Positions 35,683 through 44,385 of a stretch of 64,000 nucleotides of DNA are shown in pieces. The DNA comes from Candidatus Falkowbacteria bacterium (lineage in GTDB: Bacteria; Patescibacteriota; Patescibacteriia; UBA11705). The stretch covers positions 2,046-66,045 of the forward strand of contig DOZJ01000003.1 of assembly GCA_003518055.1 (NCBI GenBank). The letters run 5' to 3'. Every line of letters starts with the position of its first letter. Position 1 is the first letter of the stretch. Made by a program: the position numbers and the translations under genes. The notes beneath the pieces are model-generated. The model was not told the DNA's origin. It was given only the letters and a program-made list of their open reading frames with translations, and made no database searches.

Positions 35683-36768
35683 ATGACCGAGCAGAGCACC
35701 CGCATCTCCACCCTCGTCGACTACGTCAACAACCACGGCACGTCGATCCGGCCCAACGTCATGGTCGAGTCCGATCTCGTCACCGGGCGCCCCTTCCCCG
35801 CGCGTTTCGCGCGGGTGCTGGTGGCGACCCAGCAGCTGTTCAACAACATCGACGTGAAGATGCTGCAGGAGCAGATTTTCAGGCTCAACGGCGAGCAGCG
35901 CGACGCCGGCAAGCCGATGCTCGACGGCAGCCACATCACGCTCAGCGAGGCGCTCGCGAACGCCGCGGCGGTCATCAAGTACCGCGACGCCATCGACCCG
36001 CTCCTGATCAACCGCGACGCGCGACTCACCGGCTTCCAGGTGTCCGAGCTGTCGCTCGACCCGACGGAGCTGGAGAAGCACCTCGCGGCAGGCGCCGGCA
36101 CGATCGACATGACCCGTGTCGCGGCCTGGTCCAAGAAGCAGAGCCTCTACGAGGCCGCGCTCGCGGCCCGCGCGGCGATCTTCGACGACCTGCGCAGCCG
36201 CGACGTCACCCCCGAGGAGCCCAACGGCTGGAGCCTGGCCCAGTGCCAGACGTCCGACTTCTGGGCGGCCTACGAGGAGGCGATCAAGGCCTTCGCGGTC
36301 GAGGTCGGCTTCGAGTGGGACGGCACGCCGACCACGCCGACTCCGCCGGTCTACCCCGTCACGGTCGTCCGCGTGTTCCACCGGGACGACATGTCGACCG
36401 GCTTCCGGTACATCCCCATGGTGGCGGACGGTCGGCACAAGGCGGCCGTGCAGATCCTCTGGGAGCAGCACGTCGAGTGGTCCCAGGAGCGCCAGAAGCC
36501 GCCGACGTTCTACCGCCGGTTCGTGTCGGAGGTCTGCGTCCCCCTGAACCTGCTGCAGGACATGCTCCGCAGCGAGGGCGTCAAGGACGACCGGCCGACG
36601 GTCGAGGCGAAGGTCTCGAGCCTCGCCGCGTCCCTGTCCGCCATTAGGGACAACCGGAACGCCGAGTACGAGGGCGGCCGGCGCAACCGCGACGAGGACA
36701 ACGACCGCCGCGGCAGCCGGGGCAAGCGCGGCAACACCCGCCAGAACCACCCCTACTCCCGCGGCTGA
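35683..36768 (+). CDS. Foreign-composition hypothetical protein (361 aa) with an Arg/Gly/Asn/Asp-rich C-terminal tail
   Basis: ATG at 35683 lies 6 nt after GGAGGA. 58 of the first 60 codons end in G or C, which marks this as the true frame. The overlapping ORFs in other frames are Arg/Ala/Pro/Gly-rich shadows. It has an internal Pro/Thr linker (GTPTTPTPPVYP) and the tail NRNAEYEGGRRNRDEDNDRRGSRGKRGNTRQNHPYSRG. I recognised no catalytic motif. Confidence 0.8.
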   Translation: MTEQSTRISTLVDYVNNHGTSIRPNVMVESDLVTGRPFPARFARVLVATQQLFNNIDVKMLQEQIFRLNGEQRDAGKPMLDGSHITLSEALANAAAVIKYRDAIDPLLINRDARLTGFQVSELSLDPTELEKHLAAGAGTIDMTRVAAWSKKQSLYEAALAARAAIFDDLRSRDVTPEEPNGWSLAQCQTSDFWAAYEEAIKAFAVEVGFEWDGTPTTPTPPVYPVTVVRVFHRDDMSTGFRYIPMVADGRHKAAVQILWEQHVEWSQERQKPPTFYRRFVSEVCVPLNLLQDMLRSEGVKDDRPTVEAKVSSLAASLSAIRDNRNAEYEGGRRNRDEDNDRRGSRGKRGNTRQNHPYSRG

Positions 36769-36842
36769 CCGCAACCAACCCACCTCCCGATCTTTCCGTC
36801 TCGAATCTGAGGCATCACAAGCGAAAAACTCTACGAACATAA

Positions 36843-36874
36843 AGACCTAGCATTGCCTGGGTCTTTTTCGTTTT
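36843..36874 (+). terminator. Rho-independent terminator downstream of the GC-rich CDS
   Basis: AGACCT-agcattgcct-GGGTCT (6 bp including one G-U pair) followed by TTTTCGTTTT. Confidence 0.55.
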
Positions 36875-37051
36875 AAAAGTGTGGGCTGTTTAGTTATCAA
36901 TTCACATCTGTCAGTAGACAATGATATGTTTGCTATTTTTGTAAAGCCGTTAGTTTCTAGTTGTCAGAAATAGTAGGTTGCTTCGTCGTTACTACGTACT
37001 CCTCGCAACATAAAAAGGATCAAAAAAATAAAAAAAGATGTTGGTTGATTC

Positions 37052-37080
37052 TTGACTTAACAATCTGTTTGCAGTATGAT
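37052..37080 (+). promoter_or_regulatory. Sigma70-type promoter (TTGACT-N17-TATGAT) for the 37156 gene
   Basis: Read directly from the sequence. The leader contains a CCCTGC/GCAGGG hairpin and three SD-like GGAGG elements before the ATG. Confidence 0.6.
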
Positions 37081-37155
37081 AAATTTAATACAGTTAATAA
37101 AAGGAGGCATCTATCCCCTGCTCGAGGAGGCGCAGGGAGCCAAGGAGGTGACCTA

Positions 37156-37743
37156 ATGTCAAATAAAGACACGGCTGGTGGTTTTTTCCGGGTCACCGAT
37201 GACTTTTGGGCCAATTTGCTCCTTAGGGAGATGAAGTTTCACGCCGGAGACAACGGTTTTGATGTGGCGGAAATATTCATCGACAGAGATCGCCGGCTGG
37301 TGCTAATGGTGCCGAGATTGCCGTCAGATATCACCAAGTTGAATTTGATGGAGGTTGAGCGACTGATCGCCGAGCCTGATGATTTTGAGGAAATGGATGA
37401 CATGCCGTTTTCTCTTTCCGTTATCCGGTCTGCGGGATTGGTGTATTTCATCAAGTTTAATGTGGGTGAAATAAATGTCTCCGTATTGATGCCGGTTCCA
37501 TATTCTTTGTACAGTCAGGATTTTGACGGCTATGTCGGTTTCGTCAAGGTAAATAATGTAACATGGACTGACGCCAAAAACCTGGACCTAGATTCTTCGA
37601 AGTTTTCGGTTGTTTATCGAGATTATGTTTCGGGCTTCATGGAAATTTGCCTCGCGGTTGGCCGCGATGAACAAAATAAACCGATTCCGGTACTGCCATC
37701 GGTCACGATGAGCACTGACGGACGGAAATTTATAAGAGTATAA
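37156..37743 (+). CDS. Hypothetical protein (195 aa)
   Basis: ATG at 37156 follows AAGGAGGTGA, the full anti-SD complement. Hairpin terminator CAGACT/AGTCTG at 37746-37772. No recognisable motif. Confidence 0.6.
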   Translation: MSNKDTAGGFFRVTDDFWANLLLREMKFHAGDNGFDVAEIFIDRDRRLVLMVPRLPSDITKLNLMEVERLIAEPDDFEEMDDMPFSLSVIRSAGLVYFIKFNVGEINVSVLMPVPYSLYSQDFDGYVGFVKVNNVTWTDAKNLDLDSSKFSVVYRDYVSGFMEICLAVGRDEQNKPIPVLPSVTMSTDGRKFIRV

Positions 37744-37778
37744 AAACAGACTTTAACGAAGTCTGCTTTTGTTTATAT

Positions 37779-37888
37779 ACTGTAACTGCGAAAGTATGGC
37801 CGTGGGGGCTACTTATACAAAATGAGTATAGTTAAAGTAAAAAGTGGAGGGAAAAGTTTTTACAAAAGTTTGGCGGGTGTAGCTGTAA
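37779..37888. repeat. Intergenic repeat copies (ACTGTAACTGCGAAAGTATGGCC ... TTTTTACAAAAGTTTGGCGGGTGTAGCTGTAA)
   Basis: Diverged members of the dispersed repeat family, read directly. Confidence 0.7.
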
Positions 37889-37892
37889 TAAA

Positions 37893-38348
37893 TTATTCAA
37901 TGTATTTCAAAATTATCTCTAGCGACCCATGACGCTGGGTATGGATGTATTTTTTTAGTTCGTCTTTGGTGACCCATTTGAAATCATCGGCTTCGAGTTC
38001 GTCGCTTTGATCAAGATGAAAGTCATTGTCAGTGCCGGAAAAGGTTAAAATAAAAATTGTTTGCTCTTGGCCAATGTAGCCTTCCGCCTCATAGTATTTA
38101 AGCTTCAAAATTTTTTTTGGCCAGTCATAACGATATTGCTCGGGCAGTTTTTCTTTGACAGTTAAAAATTGTGGCTCAACGCCCAATTCTTCCGAGGCTT
38201 CACGCACCACTGCTTGTTCCGGCGTTTCTCCTTGGTCCACTCCCCCTTGAGGAAATTGCCAATGATTAAAACGCGGGTTGTGTTGGATTAAAAATTTGTC
38301 ATTTTGGGTAATAACGGCGATAACATTGGGGCGATATTTGTTTGGCAT
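37893..38348 (-). CDS. NUDIX hydrolase
   Basis: Nudix box GGVDQGETPEQAVVREASEELGV. Confidence 0.85.
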   Translation of the reverse strand: MPNKYRPNVIAVITQNDKFLIQHNPRFNHWQFPQGGVDQGETPEQAVVREASEELGVEPQFLTVKEKLPEQYRYDWPKKILKLKYYEAEGYIGQEQTIFILTFSGTDNDFHLDQSDELEADDFKWVTKDELKKYIHTQRHGSLEIILKYIE

Positions 38349-38349
38349 A

Positions 38350-38448
38350 GAGTTTTTACAAAGTGGTTATAGTTTTTTACAAAAGTATAACAGCAACTAC
38401 GAAAGCTTGACGGTTAGTGGCAGGGTTTTACAAAAGGTTGGCGGGGCG
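38350..38448. repeat. Intergenic repeat copies (TTTTTACAAAGT..., TTTTTTACAAAAGTATAACAGCAACTACGAAAGCTTGAC, TTTTACAAAAGGTTGGCGGGG)
   Basis: Diverged members of the same repeat family, lying between two minus-strand genes. Confidence 0.7.
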
Positions 38449-38449
38449 G

Positions 38450-39199
38450 TTAGGAAGGTTTGCGGTCTTTGTGGGCCAATGAATGTTTCAGGCAGATTAG
38501 GGGAAAAACAATTACAGCTTTGAAAATTCTGTTGATTCGTTTGGGTTGTTTATATAGACGAAAAAGCCACTCTAATCCGAGTCGGCGCATGATTTCGGGG
38601 GCTCTGGTTTGGCGGCCGGTGATAAAGTCAAAGCTGCCGCCGACCCCCAGACCGAGCTTGGCGGTGATGTTGAGGTCGCGAAGCTGATGGAGCAATGATT
38701 CTTGAATTGGCGCGCCATGGGTGGTAAAAATAATATCAGGTTTAGTGTTATTGATATGATCCAATAAATCGTTGGTAATGTCAGCGCTTTTGTACCCATG
38801 AAGTTTGAGATTCGGATAATCGTTTAGCACGGATTTTTTTATTTCGATCAGTGAAGACAAAGAGTCGGGGTGATTGATGATAAATATGGTTAGCCTCCGG
38901 TCGTGTGCCAGCTGCAAAAGATATTTGGTCAAATCCGAACCGGTGTGACGATGCTGGATTTGTTGGCCGGAAAGAAAGGCGCCGATTTTTAACCCAAAGC
39001 CGTCAGGAATGTTCATGTCGCCTTGGTTAAGAACATCTTGGAACTTTTTATTTTGGCGCGCGTGAAGACATATTTCCGGATTGGGCGTAAATAAAAGTTT
39101 TAATTTTGTTTGACGCAAAAAACCGTCAATCTCTTGATAGAGATCGGATTCCGAGCAATCATGAATAACGGTATCGAGGATGGTAATTTTTTGAGTCAT
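38450..39199 (-). CDS. tagA: WecB/TagA/CpsF family glycosyltransferase
   Basis: Motifs typical of the family: FTPNPEI, NIPDGFGL and GVGGSFDFITG. Confidence 0.85.
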   Translation of the reverse strand: MTQKITILDTVIHDCSESDLYQEIDGFLRQTKLKLLFTPNPEICLHARQNKKFQDVLNQGDMNIPDGFGLKIGAFLSGQQIQHRHTGSDLTKYLLQLAHDRRLTIFIINHPDSLSSLIEIKKSVLNDYPNLKLHGYKSADITNDLLDHINNTKPDIIFTTHGAPIQESLLHQLRDLNITAKLGLGVGGSFDFITGRQTRAPEIMRRLGLEWLFRLYKQPKRINRIFKAVIVFPLICLKHSLAHKDRKPS

Positions 39200-39249
39200 A
39201 AGAAAAACAGCAAATTAGCTGTTTTCAGTATATATAAAGTGATTGATTT

Positions 39250-39612
39250 TTACAATTCCGGAAACGGCTCCAACGAATAAATTTTTTGTCTGTCGGATTC
39301 CGAGATTAAATTTTTATCGGATAAAATTTTGACCAAAGTCTTAAATTTTGAGTCTTCTTTGCGAATTAAAACCACCAAATCTCCGCGCAGATCAGCCAGT
39401 TTTTCATCCAAGTAATCCTTGGTGACCATGGTGGCTTCGATACGGTTAATTCTGGATTCAATAACGTCAAAGCGCTGATCAATGGCATTAAAGCGCTGAT
39501 CAATGGCATCAAAACGTCGATCAATTGATTCGAATTTTTGATCAACAACAGTTGAGAATTGGTTGATCGCGGCCAAAATTTCTTGTTTATCCGTATGGTC
39601 CATATTTTTCAT
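39250..39612 (-). CDS. Coiled-coil protein with heptad IDQRF(D/N)A repeats
   Basis: 120 aa. The peptide FESIDRRFDAIDQRFNAIDQRFDVIESRINRIE is encoded by 21-bp tandem units at 39469-39531. Confidence 0.6.
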   Translation of the reverse strand: MKNMDHTDKQEILAAINQFSTVVDQKFESIDRRFDAIDQRFNAIDQRFDVIESRINRIEATMVTKDYLDEKLADLRGDLVVLIRKEDSKFKTLVKILSDKNLISESDRQKIYSLEPFPEL

Positions 39613-39737
39613 TGAATGGATTTATTATATCATGATGACAAATCAACGCAATGTTTCGGATTGTGACCAAATTTGGTATAATTAAATTAGAAATCTGGCA
39701 GTGGTTTCGGATAACCTGAGCCGGAAAGGGGTTTGTC

Positions 39738-39953
39738 ATGCTCAGGGGTGAATATCTGCCGTGCCTCGGGTGCGCCTATTACAAAAATTGCCCATGGGCG
39801 CGAAACCAGAAACTCTGTCCTGGATTCCGGAGTGCGATTTCACCGGAATGCCTTGAGGAGAACCGTCGTGAAGCGGAAAGACGCTTGCGGCGCGATCCCC
39901 GGTCGGCCTTGTCATTGGCCCAGTGGCTGCATTTGGGTCAAGACGCGGCTTAA
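39738..39953 (+). CDS. Possible small Cys-rich protein (71 aa). The same locus could instead be a structured RNA
   Basis: ATG is preceded by GAAAGGGG. Contains CLGC...C...C. A terminator hairpin (AAAGAGC...GCTCTTT) follows the stop. The region is locally GC-richer than its surroundings, and three overlapping ORFs make the coding call weak. Confidence 0.3.
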   Translation: MLRGEYLPCLGCAYYKNCPWARNQKLCPGFRSAISPECLEENRREAERRLRRDPRSALSLAQWLHLGQDAA

Positions 39954-40018
39954 CCAACCCAAAAGAGCTGGCTCACTGAGCGAGCTCTTTGACTTTGTGA
40001 TGCAAAACTTGACATAGT

Positions 40019-40046
40019 AAAATGTTAGGTTATAATAAATTAGCAC
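40019..40046 (+). promoter_or_regulatory. clpB promoter (TTGACA-N16-TATAAT)
   Basis: TTGACA at 40019-40024 and TATAAT at 40041-40046. Confidence 0.65.
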
Positions 40047-40049
40047 TCG

Positions 40050-40076
40050 TTATTATTGACTGCCAACGGGGCTTTA
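40050..40076 (+). promoter_or_regulatory. CIRCE-like inverted repeat (candidate HrcA operator)
   Basis: TTAGCACTC-N9-GACTGCCAA compared with the consensus TTAGCACTC-N9-GAGTGCTAA. The left arm is perfect and the right arm matches 7 of 9. It begins 4 nt after the -10 box. Confidence 0.55.
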
Positions 40077-40169
40077 CTGGATGATTTTAAATAATCTATT
40101 CTATAATAATTTTAGTAATGAGTGATTGGTGTTCAGAATTTACGATTTAGAATTTTAAAATTTAATTTT

Positions 40170-42800
40170 ATGGATATCAATAAATTTACCACAAAAGCTC
40201 AAGAGGCGCTCCAAGCGGCTCAAGCTTTGATGTTTGAACGAAAGCACGCGCAAGTTGATGTGTCTCATTTGTTGTACGCACTATTGGAACAGGAACAAAG
40301 CATTGTCACCACGATTTTGCGTAACAGTGAAGTCGATATGTCCGCGTTGATCACGGAGGTTGAATCTTTGATGCGTCAGATGCCGGAATCATTTACGGAA
40401 AATGTGGCGGACGGACAAGTGATGGTGACTCCGGCGATGAATTTTGTAATAGTCAACTCAGAGAAAATCGCGCGAAAAATGGGTGATGATTATGTCAGCA
40501 CCGAGCATTTGTTTCTGGCGCTGTTAACGGTCAACTCCCCCATCAAACGGGTCTTGGAATATTATCAAATAAACGAGAAAGTGGTTCTCGAGCAGTTGAA
40601 AAATCTTCGCGGCGCGCAGAAGGTTGATTCTCGTGAACCGGAAGCCAAATATCAGGCGTTGGAAAAATACGCGGTTAATTTGACTGAGATGGCGCGGCAG
40701 GAAAAATTGGATCCGATAATCGGTCGAGATGAAGAAATTAGACGAATTTTGCAGGTATTATCACGCCGAACCAAAAATAACCCAGTCTTGATCGGTGAGC
40801 CGGGTACGGGTAAGACCGCGGTGGTGGAAGGTTTGGCTCAAAGAATCGTATCCGGAGATGTGCCGGAAAATTTGAAAAATAAAGAAGTCCTATCGATCGA
40901 TATCAGTTCTTTGATTGCCGGTGCCAAATTTCGGGGCGAATTTGAAGATCGATTAAAGGCAGTGCTGAAAGAAATTAAACAATCAGGAGATAAATATATT
41001 ATTTTTATCGATGAACTTCATACCATCGTCGGTGCCGGAGCGACTGAAGGGTCAATTGACGCCTCCAATATGCTCAAACCGGCGTTGGCGCGCGGTGAAT
41101 TGCGTTGTGTTGGCGCGACCACGACCAAAGAGTATCAAAAATATATTGAAAAGGACGCGGCTTTGGAGCGCCGATTCCAACCGGTTCGAATTGATCAACC
41201 GAGCGTGGATGATACGATCGCGATATTGCGTGGTATCAAGGAAAAATATGAGATTCATCACGGTGTGCGAATAACCGATGATGCTATTGTGGCGGCGGCG
41301 AAATTGTCAAACCGATATATCACGGAACGGTTTTTACCTGATAAAGCCATTGACTTGATTGATGAGGCCACTTCAGCGCTGAGAATCGAATTGAACAGTA
41401 TGCCGATTGAACTGGATCAGGCCAAGCGCCGATTAATGAAATTGGAAATTGAAAAGAGCGCTTTGGAAAAAGAAAAGAGTGCTAAAACCAAAGATCGGCT
41501 GATGGAAATTAAGAAAGAAATGGCTGAAATCAAAGAAAAGACCAAGGAGCTGGAGCTGCATTGGACCAAAGAAAAAGAAATTATTTCGGCGATGCAAGAC
41601 GCGCAAAAGCAGATTGATAAATTGAAACAAGAGGCGGAAATATTGGAACGCCAATCAGAATTCGACAAGGTGGCGGAGATTCGTTACGGCCGGATTCCTG
41701 ATCTGGAAAAGAAAATGAACTCCAGCCGGGAAAAACTGCGCAAGTTGCAGAGTGGTCCGGGCGGCAAACAAATTTTAAAGGAAGAAGTGACGGAAGAAGA
41801 TATTGCCGATGTTTTGTCCAAATGGACCGGCATTCCGGTGATCAAAATGCTGCAAACCGAGGCGGAGAGATTGGTTAGGGCTGAGGAAGTTTTGGCTGAA
41901 CGGGTGGTCGGACAAAAGATGGCGATCAAATCCGTCGCCAACGCGTTGAGGCGGTCACGGGCCGGATTGGCCGAGGAGAACAAACCGATCGGGTCATTTC
42001 TCTTCATGGGGCCGACAGGTGTGGGTAAAACCGAATTGGCCAAAGCGTTGGCTGAATTTATGTTTGATGATGAAGAAGCGATAATCCGGGTTGATATGAG
42101 TGAATATATGGAAAAGCACGCGGTGTCAAAGTTTATCGGTTCACCTCCCGGATATATTGGTTATGAAGAAGGCGGACAGTTGACAGAGCAAGTGCGGCGA
42201 AAACCATATTCAGTTATATTGTTTGACGAGATTGAAAAAGCGCACCCTGAAGTGTTCAATTCTTTGTTACAAATGCTTGACGACGGACAAATGACTGACG
42301 CCAAGGGACGGAAAGTTAATTTCAAGAATACAATTATAATCATGACCAGCAATATCGGCAGTGATTTGATTTTGAGTTCGTCAACCAAAACTTCACTTGG
42401 TTTTGGCGAGGCGGAAACAGAAAGCCAGAAAGCAGATGATTTGCGTGATCGGATCATGAAGCTGCTCCGTGAGCAATTTAAACCGGAATTCCTCAATCGA
42501 ATTGATGAAATTATCATGTTTGAAGCTTTGAGCCGCGACGATATCAGGCAGGTGGTTGACTTGCAGCTGGAGCGGGTTGCCAAACGATTGGTGGAAAAAG
42601 ATTTGGAGTTAGTTTTCACCAGTAATTTGAAAGATATGCTGGCCAAAGAAGGTTATGATCCGGCTTTTGGCGCGAGGCCGCTCAAACGGTTGATCCAAAA
42701 TAAGATTCTCGATCCCCTAGCCCTTCAAATTATCGAAGGTAAAACTAAAAAGAAGATTAAAGTGGATTTTGTCGCCGAGCAGGTGAAGTTCGGGCGGTAA
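40170..42800 (+). CDS. clpB: ATP-dependent chaperone ClpB
   Basis: Clp N-domain, two AAA+ modules ([16 protein letters not shown]) and the long middle coiled coil diagnostic of ClpB. Confidence 0.95.
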   Translation: MDINKFTTKAQEALQAAQALMFERKHAQVDVSHLLYALLEQEQSIVTTILRNSEVDMSALITEVESLMRQMPESFTENVADGQVMVTPAMNFVIVNSEKIARKMGDDYVSTEHLFLALLTVNSPIKRVLEYYQINEKVVLEQLKNLRGAQKVDSREPEAKYQALEKYAVNLTEMARQEKLDPIIGRDEEIRRILQVLSRRTKNNPVLIGEPGTGKTAVVEGLAQRIVSGDVPENLKNKEVLSIDISSLIAGAKFRGEFEDRLKAVLKEIKQSGDKYIIFIDELHTIVGAGATEGSIDASNMLKPALARGELRCVGATTTKEYQKYIEKDAALERRFQPVRIDQPSVDDTIAILRGIKEKYEIHHGVRITDDAIVAAAKLSNRYITERFLPDKAIDLIDEATSALRIELNSMPIELDQAKRRLMKLEIEKSALEKEKSAKTKDRLMEIKKEMAEIKEKTKELELHWTKEKEIISAMQDAQKQIDKLKQEAEILERQSEFDKVAEIRYGRIPDLEKKMNSSREKLRKLQSGPGGKQILKEEVTEEDIADVLSKWTGIPVIKMLQTEAERLVRAEEVLAERVVGQKMAIKSVANALRRSRAGLAEENKPIGSFLFMGPTGVGKTELAKALAEFMFDDEEAIIRVDMSEYMEKHAVSKFIGSPPGYIGYEEGGQLTEQVRRKPYSVILFDEIEKAHPEVFNSLLQMLDDGQMTDAKGRKVNFKNTIIIMTSNIGSDLILSSSTKTSLGFGEAETESQKADDLRDRIMKLLREQFKPEFLNRIDEIIMFEALSRDDIRQVVDLQLERVAKRLVEKDLELVFTSNLKDMLAKEGYDPAFGARPLKRLIQNKILDPLALQIIEGKTKKKIKVDFVAEQVKFGR

Positions 42801-43004
42801 AGATATTTTAGAATTAATGTCATAAGGACGTAAAATACAAAAGTTGCCGGTTGTGATAACAGTTGGCAATTTTTGTTTAGTTTTGGTTTTTTTGTGGGAT
42901 TTTACGGTTTATTGTTTGTGCTGGTTCGTTAATTACGCTGATCGGATAAATTCAACTACAAATAGTCGCCGAGTTGTGTTATAATGGGATTAAAGAAAAA
43001 AAAT

Positions 43005-44378
43005 ATGCGGAGAAAAATATTTTACACCATCATGGTTTTGATCATAGGTTTGGGGTCTTTTTCGCCGTTCGCGGCGACAGAAGCGATTGAATTTAATCGG
43101 CATCTAGTCATAAGCGATGATCAGATGTTCAATCCGAGTGCTATGACACTGGCTGAAATCCAAAAGTTTTTGGAATTGAAAAATTCGTATTTAGCGACTT
43201 TGACTGTGCCTGACATTGACGGCGCGCAAAAAACAGCGGCGGCCATAATCGACGGCGCGGCTAAACGTCATGGTGTTAATCCAAAATTGATTCTGGTAAT
43301 GCTGCAAAAAGAGCAAAGTTTGGTCGAGGATCCTAATCCCAGTTACAAACAAATCGATTGGGCTATGGGTTATGGCGTGTGTGACAGCTGCAGTCTCAAT
43401 GATCCGTTATTGTTGATTTATAAAGGTTTTGCCAATCAAGTGGATAAGGCAATCGCCCGATTGAGATGGTATAGTGACAATCCAACCGTATTTAAAACAG
43501 TCGGCCAAACATATATTATTGATGGACAAGACGTAACGCCGATGACTCAAGCGACGGCAAATTTATACAGCTACACGCCGCATATTCACGGTAATTATTT
43601 GTTTTGGAAAATATGGCAGCGGTGGTTCAAACAATATTATCCCGATGGATCGCTGTTAAAAACTTATGACGCTCCCACTGTCTGGTTAATTCAATTCGGA
43701 GAAAAAAGAGCCTTTGTCAACATGTCTTCTCTTATATCCCGATATGATCCAAAGCGGATTTTGACCGTCACCACCGAAGAACTTGATAAATATGAAGTCG
43801 GCGCCCCGATCAAATATCCGAATTATTCGCTCTTGAAAGAACCGACTGGATCAATTTATTTACTCGTAGGCGACACATTGAAACATATTGATACTATGGA
43901 CACGTTCAGGTTATTAGGATTTAATCCGCTAGAAATTATCGAGGTGGAGACCGGTGATCTTGACGGCTATAATATTGGTGAGGAAATTACCATGAAAAGT
44001 TCATATCCGCTTGGAGCTTTGCTGCAAAACAAAGACACCGGTGGAGTTTATTACGTTCAGAACGGAGTCAAACATCCATTGATCGCGATTGAGATTATGA
44101 GGATAAATTATCCCGGTTATCGCTTGATTCCGGTAGACGCGGTCGAGCTTGAAAATTTTGATGATGGTGATATGATTGGATATCGTGAAGGAGCGCTGCT
44201 CAAGGGTTCGGATAAACCAACCGTTTATGTCGTGTCAGGCGCTACCCGACGGCCGATCGTGTCAGGCGAGGTCTTTGAACGGCTTGGTTACAAGTGGACT
44301 GATGTTTATACCGTATCCGAAGGATCTTTGGTGGTGCTGCCGCTCGGTCAAAGCGTGGATTTGTCATTTAAAGAATAA
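43005..44378 (+). CDS. Secreted hypothetical protein, possibly cell-wall associated
   Basis: Signal peptide (MRRKIFYTIMVLIIGLGSFSPFAA). The block HGVNPKLILVMLQKEQSLV resembles blocks seen in wall-hydrolase-associated proteins; this is a weak call. The track ATG at 42984 overlaps a TATAAT box, so I prefer 43005. Confidence 0.55.
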   Translation: MRRKIFYTIMVLIIGLGSFSPFAATEAIEFNRHLVISDDQMFNPSAMTLAEIQKFLELKNSYLATLTVPDIDGAQKTAAAIIDGAAKRHGVNPKLILVMLQKEQSLVEDPNPSYKQIDWAMGYGVCDSCSLNDPLLLIYKGFANQVDKAIARLRWYSDNPTVFKTVGQTYIIDGQDVTPMTQATANLYSYTPHIHGNYLFWKIWQRWFKQYYPDGSLLKTYDAPTVWLIQFGEKRAFVNMSSLISRYDPKRILTVTTEELDKYEVGAPIKYPNYSLLKEPTGSIYLLVGDTLKHIDTMDTFRLLGFNPLEIIEVETGDLDGYNIGEEITMKSSYPLGALLQNKDTGGVYYVQNGVKHPLIAIEIMRINYPGYRLIPVDAVELENFDDGDMIGYREGALLKGSDKPTVYVVSGATRRPIVSGEVFERLGYKWTDVYTVSEGSLVVLPLGQSVDLSFKE

Positions 44379-44385
44379 AGTTTGA

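Noticed and set aside
35581-36840. 419-aa minus-strand ORF and the other long plus-strand ORFs (35520..36647, 36116..36547, and 35721..36134 on the minus strand) across the GC-rich island
   Set aside because: These are shadow ORFs of high-GC DNA. Their translations are Arg/Ala/Gly/Pro/Val-rich and low in complexity. The 35683 frame is the only one with near-exclusive G/C at third positions and a proper SD-ATG. I call only that frame.
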